Part shown: positions 39,566 through 52,877 of the stretch, piece by piece
Position numbering within the stretch: position 1 is the first letter of the stretch
Layout of the letters: every line of letters starts with the position of its first letter
NCBI GenBank assembly: GCA_035221665.1
Contig: CM069137.1
Span: forward strand, 35,836,001 to 35,900,000
Length of the DNA stretch: 64,000 bases
Direction of reading: 5' to 3'
Origin: Okamejei kenojei
Lineage: Eukaryota
Notes under the pieces: generated by a model
Told to the model about the DNA's origin: nothing
The model's database searches: none
What the model saw: the letters and a program-made list of their open reading frames with translations, nothing else
Made by a program: the position numbers and the translations under genes

Positions 39566-40914
39566 ATGTTTACTCCTCGAGTAGGGGTTTTGTTTTGTTA
39601 TTCTTTGTTTAATAAATTTGCATTATTTTTCAGCCTGTTTAGTCTGGAATGCATTAACAACCTTCCTCCATCAGTATTACGGCAGTGTGATAGCATGGAA
39701 GCTTTGAAGTCTTCACAAAGATTCACATGACTCCGAAGTGAAGTAGTAAGATTAAACGAGACTTACCAAGTTTGAAGGTTGATCTTTATTTTATGAGGAG
39801 TTGCGATGAGGGATTTCATGCCCTCCGTTCCCAACCCTCTCTCATTAGGTCAACTGGTATGTTCTACTTTGTTCAATCTTACTATCTCCTTCCATGATAT
39901 GTTCTGTGATTCCACACCACTGCTTAGAATGTCGCGCATGCGTGCTGGCGGGGTCTTCATGAAATCCCTCATTGCAACTCCTCATGAAATAAAGATCAAC
40001 CTTCAAACTTGGTAAGTTCTCGTTTAATCTTACTAATTTTCACTGAAGCTAATTCTGAAGGTATCAGAAAACTCTGTTATTAGTGAATAAATTGAGCATT
40101 AGCTTCCAGTTACTACGCATGCAATGTTAAACGCAAAGATCAGGAACCTTATATTGCCCTATTTTATCTACTCAACAAAAATGTCTCATGTCAAGAGACT
40201 TTCATTGAAATAAATGGAAAGGCATCAGTACTTACATGAATGAAACCATCCAAATCACCATAGAAAGATAAGATGACAAAAGGACCACAAAAGTATTTGC
40301 ACACTATGCATGTATCATATATTGCTAAGTGTATGACTCACATTGAGATATTTTGCCTCTAACTTCTCCTGTTCAGATGAAAGGTTATTTCTCTGCAGAT
40401 GCTGTCTGTCATGTTGAGTATTTCCAGCAATTTAATCTTTTATTACAACAATGATTGAGCAGTCCCTGATTTGGTGCAACAAGTGGCTTTCTAAGCATAG
40501 CAAGGTGCAGTTCAAAAGCCAGTAAAAGGTCAATAGAAAATTATGAGTATAATAGCTAGAGCTGTCTGTTCAAAAAATCTAATCCTAGTTCTAGCTAAAC
40601 CAACAGTGGAACAAAAAGCTTGATTATGGGATCTCAGAGTACTTCATTTTGAGAAATATTTTATAAAATGTATGTATAATTCAAGCAATAAAGGTTTAGG
40701 GACAGATTTTATCCTTTTGATAAAAATATCTACACAACAATGTATTTTAAATAATAATGAATTTATATATGTAATATATAAAATGCAATCAACTATTGAA
40801 TTAATACAGTATAAAGTCACAAAATGGTTAAGCTGGATATACAAATCATTGAATAAAAAATCATGAATATTAATAAAACACAAAATGCTTGAGAAATCAG
40901 AGGTTCAGACAGCA

Positions 40915-41222
40915 ATTTAGTTTTAGAGATACAGCACAGGAACAGGTTCTGCCTCACCGATTCTGCATCGACCAGCAAATCCCAGACATTAACACTATCC
41001 TATTCACACTTGGGACAATTTATATTTATACCAAGCCAATTAACTTACAAACCTGTATGTCTTTGGAGTGTGGGAGGAGACGGAAGATCTTGGAGAAAAC
41101 GAACGCAGGTCACAGGGAGAATGTACAAACTCCATAGAGACAAGCATGCACATTCAGGATCGAACCCGAGTGTCTGTTGCTGTAAGGCAGCAACACTATC
41201 ACTGTGCCACCGTGCCGCCCTG
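40915..41222 (-). mobile_element. tRNA-derived V-SINE (HE1-like)
   Basis: Minus strand starts GGGCGGCACGGTGGCACAGTG...GGGTTCGATCC (A/B boxes), then V-domain core and tail. Confidence 0.85.
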
Positions 41223-42704
41223 TGGAGCAAATGGACTGGTGACATTTTGGATCAGGCCACTTCAGACTGATTGTAGTAGGGGCAACTGATTGGAGTATGA
41301 TAACATTCAGTCAGTGGAAGCACTGATTTGGGAGAAATAGTTCTAATTAATTTGATAACCATATATTTTGATTAAACTTTATATTATGTGCTATCTATCA
41401 TTATATCATATACTTATTAAAAGTCTGATTTTATATGTGTGTATATGTGTGTTTATGTGTGTGTATATGCGTGTGTATATGTGGTTGTCTTTACATCATC
41501 ACAAAATCACTACATGGTAACGATTACATTTTTACATTTTCTGATTCACATTTTTCCCCTCTAGGCAGAGACCAACTTCACTGAACATTTTATGCTTTAT
41601 TTCTCGACTTACATTTGACTTATTACTGATTAAATTACAAAAAATCAAAAAACTGAATTTAAAACGACCAGTTTCAACTGATCACATCACAATGGCTCAG
41701 CTAACAGCGATCAGCTTCACTAAAGATTTAATCCTATATTTCACCAGTAATTCGCGATTAAAGTTTTAAAAATGCCAACTTTAACAAGATTTTTACTGTT
41801 CAAATCCTTCCGACCAGCTTCCAACACACTTCGATACAAAGTTGCAAGACAGAAACACTCTGAACTTTTCACCTCAATGGGGTTTTTCAACAGAAGGGTC
41901 AATTGGTATTGCAGTTGGAACGTCTGTGGCAGGCAGGGGAGGTGCAATTGGATTTTTTTCTAAAGTCCACTGCTGAGGAAGGCAGAGGAGTGATGGAATC
42001 TTATGTTCAGGAATAGGTTAAGTTGCATTGGGGGAACGGCTTTGTGGTGGAATATTGCATTGGGAAACCACACCATTGGGGAGCAGACATATTCTGATTC
42101 ACATTTTTCATTGAAATCATTATCCCTGCTTCCAACACACTTCGATACAATGTTGCAACACAGGAACACTCTGAACTTTTCACCTCACAGGAGGGGGATG
42201 GCGAATTGCTATTGCAAAACGCAGGGGAAGTGAAATTGGAAATGTTTTAAAAGCCCACTGCTGAGGGAGGCAAGGGAGTAGTGGAATCATACCTTCAGGA
42301 ATGGCTTGAGTTGGAGGATCACGCCTCCTGTGGGGTCTATGGGTAGGGAATGGGTGCATTGGGCGAGCAGAATCAGTGGGTCTGCACTTGGTCTAGTACA
42401 TAACAAAAACTCTCATCTTGTTATCTTCCAGTTTGAGTTGATTTTGTTTACATTTGCACACAAAATCATCTTACTCATCATACTCCTGTGCTGCAAGTGC
42501 AACAAATTTTTTTCTGATCGGTGATATATTTTTAAAGTTATTAAGGTTTAAAAATATTTAAAAAACACGTATGGGAAGATTGGTCTCCTCTCCTGTCAGT
42601 CACCGTTGAGACAGTGACACCCCTTCCTGCACCATCGCCACACTGATTGGCCATGTTTATTGTCATTCACTGGTGGCGCCCGCCTCTGCCCAGCATTGCC
42701 CGGT

Positions 42705-42832
42705 GTGTCTTCCAGTCAGCGCATCTTCCGGTTGGTGCGTCTTCCGGTCGGCGCGTCTTCTGGTCAGACCGTCTTCAAGATGGCGTGGCTTCTGGTCAGC
42801 ACAGCTTCCATTCAGTGCGGCTTCAGGTCGGC
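42705..42832. repeat. 16-bp minisatellite, 8 units (consensus ~GCGTCTTCCGGTCGGC)
   Basis: Units read in register from 42705 to 42832. Confidence 0.85.
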
Positions 42833-42919
42833 ACAGCCGCTAGTTGGCGCGGCCTCCATCAGGGCAACCTTTGGTGGTCAACTGGTCAGAGGAGCGGCAA
42901 TCTCGAGATACTATGGAGG

Positions 42920-43585
42920 TGATGAGGGAGAGTGGGGGAATTGAGGTGGGGAGGGGGTAGGGAGGGAGAGGGGAGAAAGTGGGGGAGGTGAGGAGGGAGC
43001 CTGCGGTGATTGAGGGAGTAGTGGGTAGGGAGGGAGAGGGAGCGAAAAGTGGGGGAGGTGAGGAGGGAGCCTGGGGGATTGATGGAGGAGCTGCTAGGGG
43101 GGAAGAGGGAGGAGAAATGGGGGAGGTGAGGGAGAGTGGGGATAGAGGGAGAGGAGGGGGTAGGAGTTATGGGAGGGAGGGAGGTAATGAATGAGGGTAG
43201 GGAAAAGGAGAGGTGAGGGAGGGATTGGGGGGAGGGTAGGAAGAGAGGGGAAAGAAGGAGGAGGTGAGGAGGGAGTGGGGGATGATGGGGAATAGAGGGA
43301 GAGGTGGGGAGGTGTGGAGGAGTTAGGGAGTGGCAAATAGAAGAAGAGGAGGGCAGGTGGGGGAGGTAACGAGGGATAGTGGGGGGATTGAGGAGTGGGA
43401 GAGTGGGGGATAGAATGATAGTAGGGGGTAGGGAGGGGAGAGGAGATGGAGGGAGGGAGTGAATAAGGGTAGGGGAAAGGAGAGGGAGGGGAGTTGGGGG
43501 AGGGATTGGGGAGGGGAGGAGGAGAGGGCAAAGAAGAGGGAGAGTGAAGAGGAGGGGGAGAGAGTGCTGAGGATGAGGGGAAATG
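42920..43585 (+). repeat. Polypurine G-run-rich low-complexity tract
   Basis: About 660 bp of almost only G and A with numerous GGG runs. Confidence 0.85.
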
Positions 43586-46500
43586 AGTCATGCCTACACA
43601 GTTGGGGGCTATGGGTGAGTGGTGAAATATGTTGTTGTGGGAATGGGTTGCATTGTGGGACCAGGCCTCCCATGTGACAGGGACCCAACAGTGCGTGTGT
43701 GCATGTGTGCGTGTGCATGCGTGGATCCTGAAATTCTGCCAAATCGGTACATGATCGTGCTACAATCTTTGGATCACCTTACTCACAATTGTCCTGTGGT
43801 GTGGTGTATCAAGTTGCATTCAAATAGATGGCATATTTTACAAGTTAGCTACATTTTTTACTTAACAAAATCCAGTTTGAGAAGTTGCAGTGACAGCTGA
43901 CAGCTATGATGTCACAATGGGATCTCATTTACATAAACTGCCATCATAACTTTTCACTGTAAAAAATCCAATTGCACTTGCTGGCCCTGCCCATTACAAT
44001 GTTGCAAATCACAGGACTGATTTTTTTTTTAAGTTTAAAAATAGGGAGCGTGAAGAGGAGGGGGACAGAGTGCTGGGTAAAGGGAATGAGCCGCCCCTGC
44101 GCAGTTGGGGGCTATGACTGAGTGATGGAATATTACGTTGGGGGAACGGCTTGCATTGGGGAATGAGTGAGTGGTGGAATATTGCGTTGGGGAATGGGTT
44201 GCGTTGGGGGACCAGACCTCCTGAGGAGGCTATGGGTGAGTGGTGGAATATTGCATTGGCTGAATGGGTTGCATTGAGGGAGCAGGCTTCCTGTGTGATA
44301 GGGACACATTGGTCCCACTTGGTCTAGTGATTTATATAAATACTAGACTAAGTGGACCGTGCGTCCCAGTCACACGGAAGGCCTGTTACCCCAACGCAAC
44401 CCATTCCTCCATGTGGGGGAGGGGGATGGTGTGGAGGAGGGGGATGGTGTGGGGGAGGTGGGTGGTGGTGTGGTGGAAGGGGTGGTGGTGTGTGGGAGGG
44501 GGCACGTGGGGAAGGGGGTGGTATGGGGGAGGGTTTTTTGCAGCATCTGCAGTCTCTTTTGGTTTTTGGTCCACATTCACTATCGCAGAGCTATTACCTT
44601 ATATTGGAGCTAATAGCTCTTCATGTTTTAAGCACTTGCTATTATAGGATAGCAGCCCAAATGTGATAGCCATTTGCTCAGTGCTGTGGTTTAGCAAATA
44701 ACTAACATTTTCTCTGGTCTGTAAAGCATTTACACATCTTCTTTTAGGTTTGAGGGTCACCAGAGAATATATTGTACATTGTGGACATAGGTGACATATG
44801 TTACAAGCCTATATCATTCTTGAGAATTCAGTCTTTCTAGATAGAATATTTATAATTCATCTTGTTTACATTACATGTTATTAGATTGCATGGTTTTTGC
44901 TCCATGGTTTCATTAGATCAATGCTATTTTTTTTTAAATGTTGCTTTATTTTTACTCTGCCACCACAATTTCTCAACCCTTCCAAAACATTGCTTATTTT
45001 CAAGTTGATAAAGTTTTTCCCTCTTCCGCTGAGTGTCAAAGCTTGCTATCAAAATACAAGCATTTTGTAGCTTGCGTGGCCTACGACCCAACAGTATGAA
45101 CAAAAGTTCTCAATTTCAAGTAATTCTCTACTTCCTCTCTCTTTCCTGTGCCCCTTCCCATCCCCTGTCACCCTACTATATTCCCTTCCTTAAACTCATC
45201 TTCCATTGTGGTCTCTCATTTTCCTTTTATCCCACCTCTCTCCCTTGCCCCTCTGTTCCTTCCACCTTTTTCTCTGCCGCTAATGTTTCTGATTTTTCAG
45301 ACTGAAGAAACATCACTTATCCTTTCTCTCCAGAGATGCTGACTTACTTGAATACTTTGTGTCTATCTTTGGTTGCATTTCTTTGTTTCTTCATGTATTG
45401 TGCAACCTTATTGTCTTTTCAGGAATCAAATAATTGCAGCTCTGCTCATTTTCAGATTGATTTTTATTTCAATGAGAAATTTGGGGTAAGTTTTGGTTCA
45501 TTTAAGTAGGTCAAGAGAGTTGCCTTCCAACTTCACAAAAAATCTGAGCTTGTTTCACATCAAGAAATCATTACTTAAGTTTTTTTTTCATTCCCTCTCC
45601 CTACACCCCAATCCCTATTCCATGCCACACAGCCTCCTAAATTTTCCATGGCTCAAATTGCAAGACTTAGATCAGTTGAGTTGAACAACTTGCTGAGATG
45701 AATTATATTTGTTCTCACAATCAACCTGGAGTTCTTCTAGCACAGTGCACTTTATCCGCAATTTGTCCAATACCATAATTGAAGGAATTACATCAACAGT
45801 TGTACAAGTGAAAATGTAATATCCAGTGACATATATGTTGAACAATGAAGTGGAGATCTGGATAGTAATGAACTTGAGGAAAAATCTGTTGCATATTTGA
45901 AGCAAGTTTAATGACAGGTAGTCCAGCTGGCTTGTCAATTGTTAAGTACTGTGATAAAAGGATGACCAGAGGCAAGATGATGTGCATGGCAATAAATACA
46001 TTAATCCTGTACGTCTGTTCTGATCCACAATCCTGTTAATAAATAGTCAGAGAGTCTGGCTTCCTCTGATGGGATTGAACAAAGAGAAAGACAGAAAGAC
46101 TACCATCGGCTACGCTCCAGCCGGTGAAATTTGCGGTTTGATCTTACAGTCTATGCTTTGGCAACATTAGTTTAAATACTGGTGTGTATTTTTATGGTCA
46201 CCAACTGTAATTTCCATAGAACGCAGTACAATTTTATCCATGTCATTTTTGAGTATATTAGTTAGGATACACTTGAACATCATCAGAAAATAAGGTTGTT
46301 GGAATATCAGAATAAATTGTAGTTGGGATGGTTCCAAGATCAGCACTGATATTGCTTTACATTACGGGCATCTACATAGTAATGTGGATCATTGTACATG
46401 AAAGCGCTGTGTACAAAAAAACAATAAATCTAATCCAACTAATTATCACAATCATATTGAAAGGTGGCCTACTCCTGCACCTATTGGCTATTGTCAATTG

Positions 46501-47466
46501 TGATTCCAAGCTTGGTTTTCACTGGGATCATAGCTGCAGTCCTCAACATAGCCTTTGTCCAAACACGGACCAAAGAGCTAAGTTCCAGATCTTCTCATCA
46601 TGGCAGCAGTTGACTGCATGTGACATCAAGGTACAGCAATAAAACTGAAATCAATGGCCTCCAAAGGTGGAAAAATCCAGTGGATTGAGACATATCTTGC
46701 ACAAAAGAAAATGGTGGTTGTTAGTGCACTGTAACACCTATGTATACCATCTGTGAAATGCACCGAAGTTACACAGGCTGCTCAGATAGCATCTCCTAAA
46801 CCCACAACTTCAAATAAAAAGGACAATGGTAGAACATACTTAGGAATACCATCACCTTCAAGTTGCACACGATCTTACCTTAGAAATACATCATTGTTTC
46901 TTCATCGTCATTGAATCTACCTTTATTCTGGGAGTACCTTCCCCAAAGGACTGCAGCAGTTCAATAAGATAATTCACCTGTACCTTTCTCAAAGGCAATT
47001 AGAGATTGAAAATAAATGCTAGCCTTGCTGGTAAAGCCTGTTCTAAAAATGAGTAAAATTATGAAATAATCCAGTGGGTAGTATGATTTGGATTGCAAGG
47101 TAGTACTTATAGTCACAATGTATTGTTCTCTCTTGAACTCACCATGGAGTCACAAACTCAAGAATTTATCATAATAACAGTGAAAACATGGGTCATCTGG
47201 TTATTTGTCTGTGCTTGCACATTGGAGCAGAAACCTTGAGATGCTGCTTCTGTATTTTGATTATTTATCAAAGTGACGACCCTATTTGATATAGGGAAAC
47301 AAAAATATAATGTAGTATAAAATGCATGGATCCCAAAGGCAATTGATATTTTATGGAAGGAATAGAACTGACTCCTATGTACAGCAGAGAAACAGAGGAT
47401 AATGTCAATATGACGTCAGGGACATAAATGAGCAGAAGTTGATACCAAGGTTTCTGAAGATATGAC

Positions 47467-50400
47467 TGTGGATCAGAGTCACTCATGTTATAAGTCATAC
47501 TGTAGTTCCGCCCACAGGTTTAATAGAAAGCCATTTTCCCCTTTCTTCTCCAGTCTTGAGTCATGTGTTAAGATGAAGTTACCTATGTGATCTTGCTAAT
47601 AAAAGTCTTTGGACCTTAATCACTGTTCATGAGTTAAGTCATAGAACAACAGGTTCCAACAACATGGTGTCAGAAAACTCAAACTCACTCCTTGCCTAAT
47701 TGCTTTTGTTTTAGTTTGTTATTTTATCCGGTATATGTTCTACTATGGCTTCTGCTCTCAGAAAACCAGAGATCCTGGTGTTTGACGAAGACCTTGCAGA
47801 ATTGTGGCGCATATTTGAAGAAGATTTCACCATTTACATAGACGTGACTCATCCGGCAGCTGCTCCAGGTGTTCGTGCCTCAATACCCCTTAAACTAGCA
47901 GGCACAGAAGCTGCTCGGCGTGCCAGAAGATTTCATTATGAACCAGCTAGATTCGACCTGGAAGGTGTCCAGATTGCTCCCGCTGAATCTATCGGGACCC
48001 CGACTGCTTGCTACGCAAATTCCAACAGTTATGTGAGTTACTAACCAATTTAATTATTGAGAGACACTTGTTCTTTACGCGATGCCAGGTGTCACGTTAT
48101 GTGTTTATCTGAATTGAAAAAAATATTAAAACAGAAACTATCACTCCTACTGCTGCCTCTCTTCTCCCATTTGCAGGAAGTCCTGTGCACCCTATCGGTC
48201 AAGTTGAGTTATGCTGCCGTCTTAACACATGTGCCCACAATCTAAATTTCTATGTTATTTGTGAGAATGTGCCATCTCTGCTGGGTGTTAAGTCATGACA
48301 CGACCTGGGACTGGTCTCTTTCAGTCCTTCTGTTTGTCATCTGACTACAGCCTGTGACATTACTCAACAAATCCTGACACAATACAAACCTTTATTTGAC
48401 GACAAGCTGGGCAGGTTGTCTTTTAAATACACAATTATGATTAACCCTGACGTATTTCCAGTTGTCCGTCCAGCACACAGGATTCCCCATGCTATGTGGG
48501 ACCATGTACAAAGTGAACTAAACAGAATGGTGTCTCTGGGTGTAATTGCCCCCGTCAAGGACCCCTCGGATTGGGTCTCGACCATGGTTGTGGCGACAAA
48601 AAAGAAATAAGAATTTGCATCAATCCCAAGGACTTAAATATAGCCATTAAACAACCTTACTATCTCATGCACACTGTGGACGAGATTGCAGCGCAGCTGG
48701 CTGTAGCGACTATTCACAGTACTAGATGCCAAGAGTTCATTCTGGCAGATTCCGCTGGAGCACAACTCCTCTAAGTTAACTACCTTCAGCATACCATGCG
48801 GGCGATACAGATTTCTTCGCATGCCTTTTGGCATAAGATCTGCTAGTGAAGTATTTCAACGAGTTATCGAGCAATTGTTTGCATGTTACCCATGCTCCAT
48901 TGTAGTGGATGATATCCTCGTTGCTGGTCGAACTATCGAAGAACACGAAGCTAATCTGAGAAAGGTCCAGAAAAGGCCATCAACCTCAAGTTAAACCCTC
49001 AAATATGCAAATTCAGGGTAAGTGAGGTGAAATACATGGGCCATGTGTTCACTAGGGACGGTGTAAAAATGGATCTGGTGAAAACCAGTGCCATCAACGT
49101 GCTCCCAGCACCCACAGATGTGCTCAGTCTGCAGAGGTTCCCTGGCATGGTTAACTACCTGATTAAATTTATTCCAAACTTCAGTGAAATATCAGCCACG
49201 CTGCACCAGCTTACCCATAAAGACACTGTTTGGGCCTGGCACGAACAACAGCAGAGGGCGTTCGACACTCTTAAGCAGCAGATGTCTTGTGCTCCTACTC
49301 TCGCTTATTTTGATCGTAAATGACCGGTCACACTGACTTGTGATGCTTCACAACATGGATTTGGCGCAGCATGTCTTCAAAATGATGGTAGCAGCAACAA
49401 ACCTGTTGCCTATGCCTCGCGCACCATGACTGACACAGAACAATGCTACGCCCAAATTGGAAAGGAGCGGCTAGCGGTCATTTTCACCTGCAAGAAATGT
49501 AACGGCTTTATCTTTGGACATATGATCACGATTGAAACTGACCATCAACCTCTGGTCAGATCTTTAACAAACTGATTCATGCCTCTCCAGGACGCTTGCA
49601 GCGGATGGTGCTGCAACTTCAAAAATATGACATAGTTTTGACCTACAAACATGGTAAGGATATGCACCTGGCTGACACTCTCTCGCCTGCACCCCAAAAG
49701 ACCAGCAAGGGTCCGCCCTCACTGGATGATGATTTTATCATAATGACTGTGTTTTATTCCCTCGTTTTTTGTGGAGGACCTGGTTTTCCACACTGCTGCT
49801 GACCTATGTTATTAAGCGCGGCTGGCCAGACAAGCACTACAAAGTACCGCTGTCAGTTTGGTCCTTCTTTGCCGTCCACGATGAGCTGGTAGTGCTGGAT
49901 GGCATTATCATAAAAGGCCACAAGGCTGTCGTCCCTGCTTCACAGAACAACAAGTATTTTAACGCTGTCCATGCAGGGCACCCAGGCACTGAAGCCACTG
50001 TCCTACGAACAAAAAACATGTTTTACTGGCCTGGTATGGCTGAATACATCCTTGAGAATATGGCATCCTGTGCAGTGTGTAACAGCTTGGCACCACATCA
50101 ATAAAAGCAACCACTTCTCTCACACCCGGCTCCTGCACTCCCGTGGTCTACAGTGGCAACTGACTTATTGTGTGGCATGGCAAGCAGTACCTGGTACTTG
50201 TCGATTTGTATTCTCACTGGTGTGACATCGATTTTCTTAGCAGCCCCACTTCTCACGGGGTAGTTTTAAAACTCGTTCGCCATTTTGCAGATCACGGAGC
50301 TCCTTGCATACTGCTATCTGATAATGGCAGTCAATTTACCTGCCAACACTTCAAAGAGTTTGCTGCACGCCACATCAACAGCAGCCCTAAATATCCACAG

Positions 50401-51421
50401 TCAAATGGTCTGGCTGAACGGGCTGTGAACAGTGCCAAACAGCTGATGGAACGATCCCACAGAGCTAATTCCAACGTGTACCTGGACCTGCTTAACCTAT
50501 GCAACATCTCCTGCGACCCCATCTTGGGTTCGCCTTATCAACATTTATAGTCAAGGCAGACCCAAGCAACGGTGCCTGTGGCAGGTCAGGCATTGATCCT
50601 GCAGGTGGTCCCACCATCGAAAGTCCAGTCCAGACTGCAACAAAAGCGTGACATTCAAAAACAGTGGTATGACAAAACCAGCAAGCCGCTGCCACCATTA
50701 ATCAGGGGGCAGGTGGTTCATTTGAAAACTGACAAAGGTCATGACCGTATCAGTGTAATTTCAGGAACTGCCTCTGAGCCACGCTCATATTTGGTCAGTG
50801 TTGATGACAGCACCTACAACATATCCTGCCTGTGAATGAGCCGGCTCCACCTCCGTATTATCCAGACCGTACAAGTGTACTTCTATCCACATCCAGCGGC
50901 ATCGGTCCGCCTGTACCAGCACAACAACCTACTTCTGAAACGGCTGCTCTGCCGATGGCGACGCCTCCTCCGCCAGTGCCAAAGTCCCTGTTTCACCACC
51001 GGGAATGCTGTTTTAATCTCCGCCACCAGTCATGCCACCGACTCTGTCCCTGGTGGCGAATAAAGGAGATGGTTTACATCGCATACGTGCTGGTCGTGTT
51101 TGCAAGTCCACCATGAAATACCCGGGATATATTTGACTTTCCTCCAGCTTATTATCAATTGCTATGCATGCCTTATTTATTCAATGGTTTTGTACTGACA
51201 TTTAATTCTTTAAGAGGGAGGATGTAGATCAGTGTCACTCATGTTATGAGTCATACTGTAGCTCCGCCCACAGGTTTAGTAGAAAGCCATTTTCCCCTTT
51301 CTTCTCCAGTCTTGAGTCATGTGTTAAGATGAAGTTACCTATGCTGTATTGCTAATAAAAGTCTTTGGACCCTAATCACTGTTCATGAGTTAAGTCATTA
51401 GAACAACAGGTTCCAACAACA
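47467..51421 (+). mobile_element. Ty3/Gypsy (Mag-like) LTR retrotransposon, decayed provirus
   Basis: LTRs 47467-47664 and 51223-51421 (TG...CA); TSD ATGAC (47462-47466, 51422-51426); PBS TGGTGTCAGAA at 47665 (tRNA-Leu-like); PPT AAGAGGGAGGA 51212-51222; RT MPFG/VVDD, RNase H CDAS, integrase H-C-C, SDNGSQF, PQSNGLAERAV in RT-RH-IN order. Confidence 0.95.
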
Positions 51422-52153
51422 ATGACTATTGAATGTGAATTGTGAATTGAATCTGTCAACAAAAGAGGAAATATTGCTGGATATAGACAGGCTCACCAAT
51501 AATACTCACACTCATTACATGCAGCTCCAATAATTGAATAGCAAGGCCAGAGTGTTAAGCAGAAGTTCTAATCTTGTTGTATTGATCTGTGCAGTAAGTA
51601 CATTTACCACAGGTAAATAATAGAAATGACAAATACATGTTGGTTGGGAACAGATGTTGTATGAACGCAAACAATAAAGGCAGTGTCTAGATTTTGTATT
51701 GTTTTACATGATTTAAAATGTCAACAGCACGAGCTGCACCATTGAAGCTTGTATGCTTTGAAGGAAAAACAAATAGTATGAAAGCTTTCACCACTTAAGA
51801 AAGCCTGGACTTTTTAATAAGCAATGCTCCAGTCTGATGGCCCTTCGGAAACACACACTACCTGGAAGGTATAGTAAAATGATGAAGACATGATATTCCA
51901 AACACAGTAGGTCAGGGGATGTCCAGGCAGACTATTCAAAAACAATGGGTGCAGGCGGCACCTAAGTTCAGTGCTGAACGAGCTGTAAAATGGCTTCTTG
52001 AATAGTAAAAAGCTGTGAACGTATCTTTAAATGTGACATCCTGGAAAGTGTACTCCCAGACTCATGCAATGCTCAATTTGCCATAAACTCTCCTTGACCT
52101 ATCAACAAACTCTATCAAATAAGGACTCCAACCTGACTCAATTTTAACCCTAA

Positions 52154-52877
52154 TGGGCCTGTTCTACTTAGATGATTTTTCAGGCGACTGCCTGCGACTG
52201 TCAAGCGACTGGAACGGCGACTCTCAGAGTGGAACATATACACACACATCGCTTCCTTCACCAGCCCATTATGCAGGCGGGGGTCAGGGAAAAGGGGGGG
52301 AGCACTGTCTGAGTGAAATTCACACAGTGCAAAGCCAATGTGATACAGACACACACCACCATAATCAGGAAGGTTGGCGCTCTAATTAAGATGGTGAAAG
52401 CACAGTGTACGGGAAGTGTCACGTAAGTCCTTTAAGAGAGAGGGCGAGAGGGGAGGAGACAGGGGGAGAGGGAGGTGAAGGGGGGAGAAGGAGTGGAGAC
52501 AACTTTTAAGAAGCCAGAGCTGACATTTTCATTACGGTCGGTTATCGTTAGTTCTGAAAACTGCTGCTTACGTTTTTTTTCCCAATGAAATTCACTGGTC
52601 AGCACCGGCTACAACCTACGACAACCTTAGACCTCCTGGCAACCCACTACCGCTGCACCTACGGCACAAGAAGTCTCACTACTCTTCTTGGCGGCTTAAT
52701 TCTGGTCGCCGCTAATTTTTCAACATGTTGAAAAATTCGCAGCGACCATAATGAGGCCGCGGCCAGTTCCCAGAATGCGGAAACTCCTCACGACCATGAA
52801 GATGACTCCCCGGCAACCACCCGCGAACATGTGGCGACCGCATAGTCTCCTGCAGTCACCTAAAAAATCGCCTAAGT
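52154..52877. mobile_element. Harbinger/PIF-type non-autonomous transposon, right TIR truncated
   Basis: TAA then TGGGCCTGTTCTACTTAGATGATTTTTCAGGCGACTGC; inverse GCAGTCACCTAAAAAATCGCCTAAGT at the right; same internal palindrome as 35441-35975. Confidence 0.7.

Larger units (their letters stand above)
37206..40040 (+). mobile_element. DIRS1-type element (copy 2), internally deleted: no RT/RNase H, keeps MT and YR
   Basis: Same terminal sequence as copy 1; ICR 39709-39820; right ITR 39929-40040; DIDLFASRLNHQ and YAFPPF; YR with FKSHSTRSASTS...AGW.SE.TFQRFYNKP. Confidence 0.95.
41400..44530. mobile_element. Cluster of non-autonomous Helitron-like elements
   Basis: 3' ends CACTTGGTCTAG|T at 42385-42397 and 44316-44328 (the latter after a GGGAC...GTCCC hairpin); a reversed end at 44343; 5' regions with TG-rich microsatellites. 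Confidence 0.65.

Noticed and set aside
42705-42832. Regular repeat array considered as CRISPR-like
   Set aside because: Contiguous tandem units with no unique spacers, eukaryotic context, no cas genes.
43094-43742. Pro/Ser-rich ORFs on -
   Set aside because: Artefacts of the polypurine low-complexity tract.
45672-45990. Minus-strand ORFs as a possible host exon
   Set aside because: SLFNIY and FHLY fragments suggest a very old LINE RT remnant; too degraded to call.
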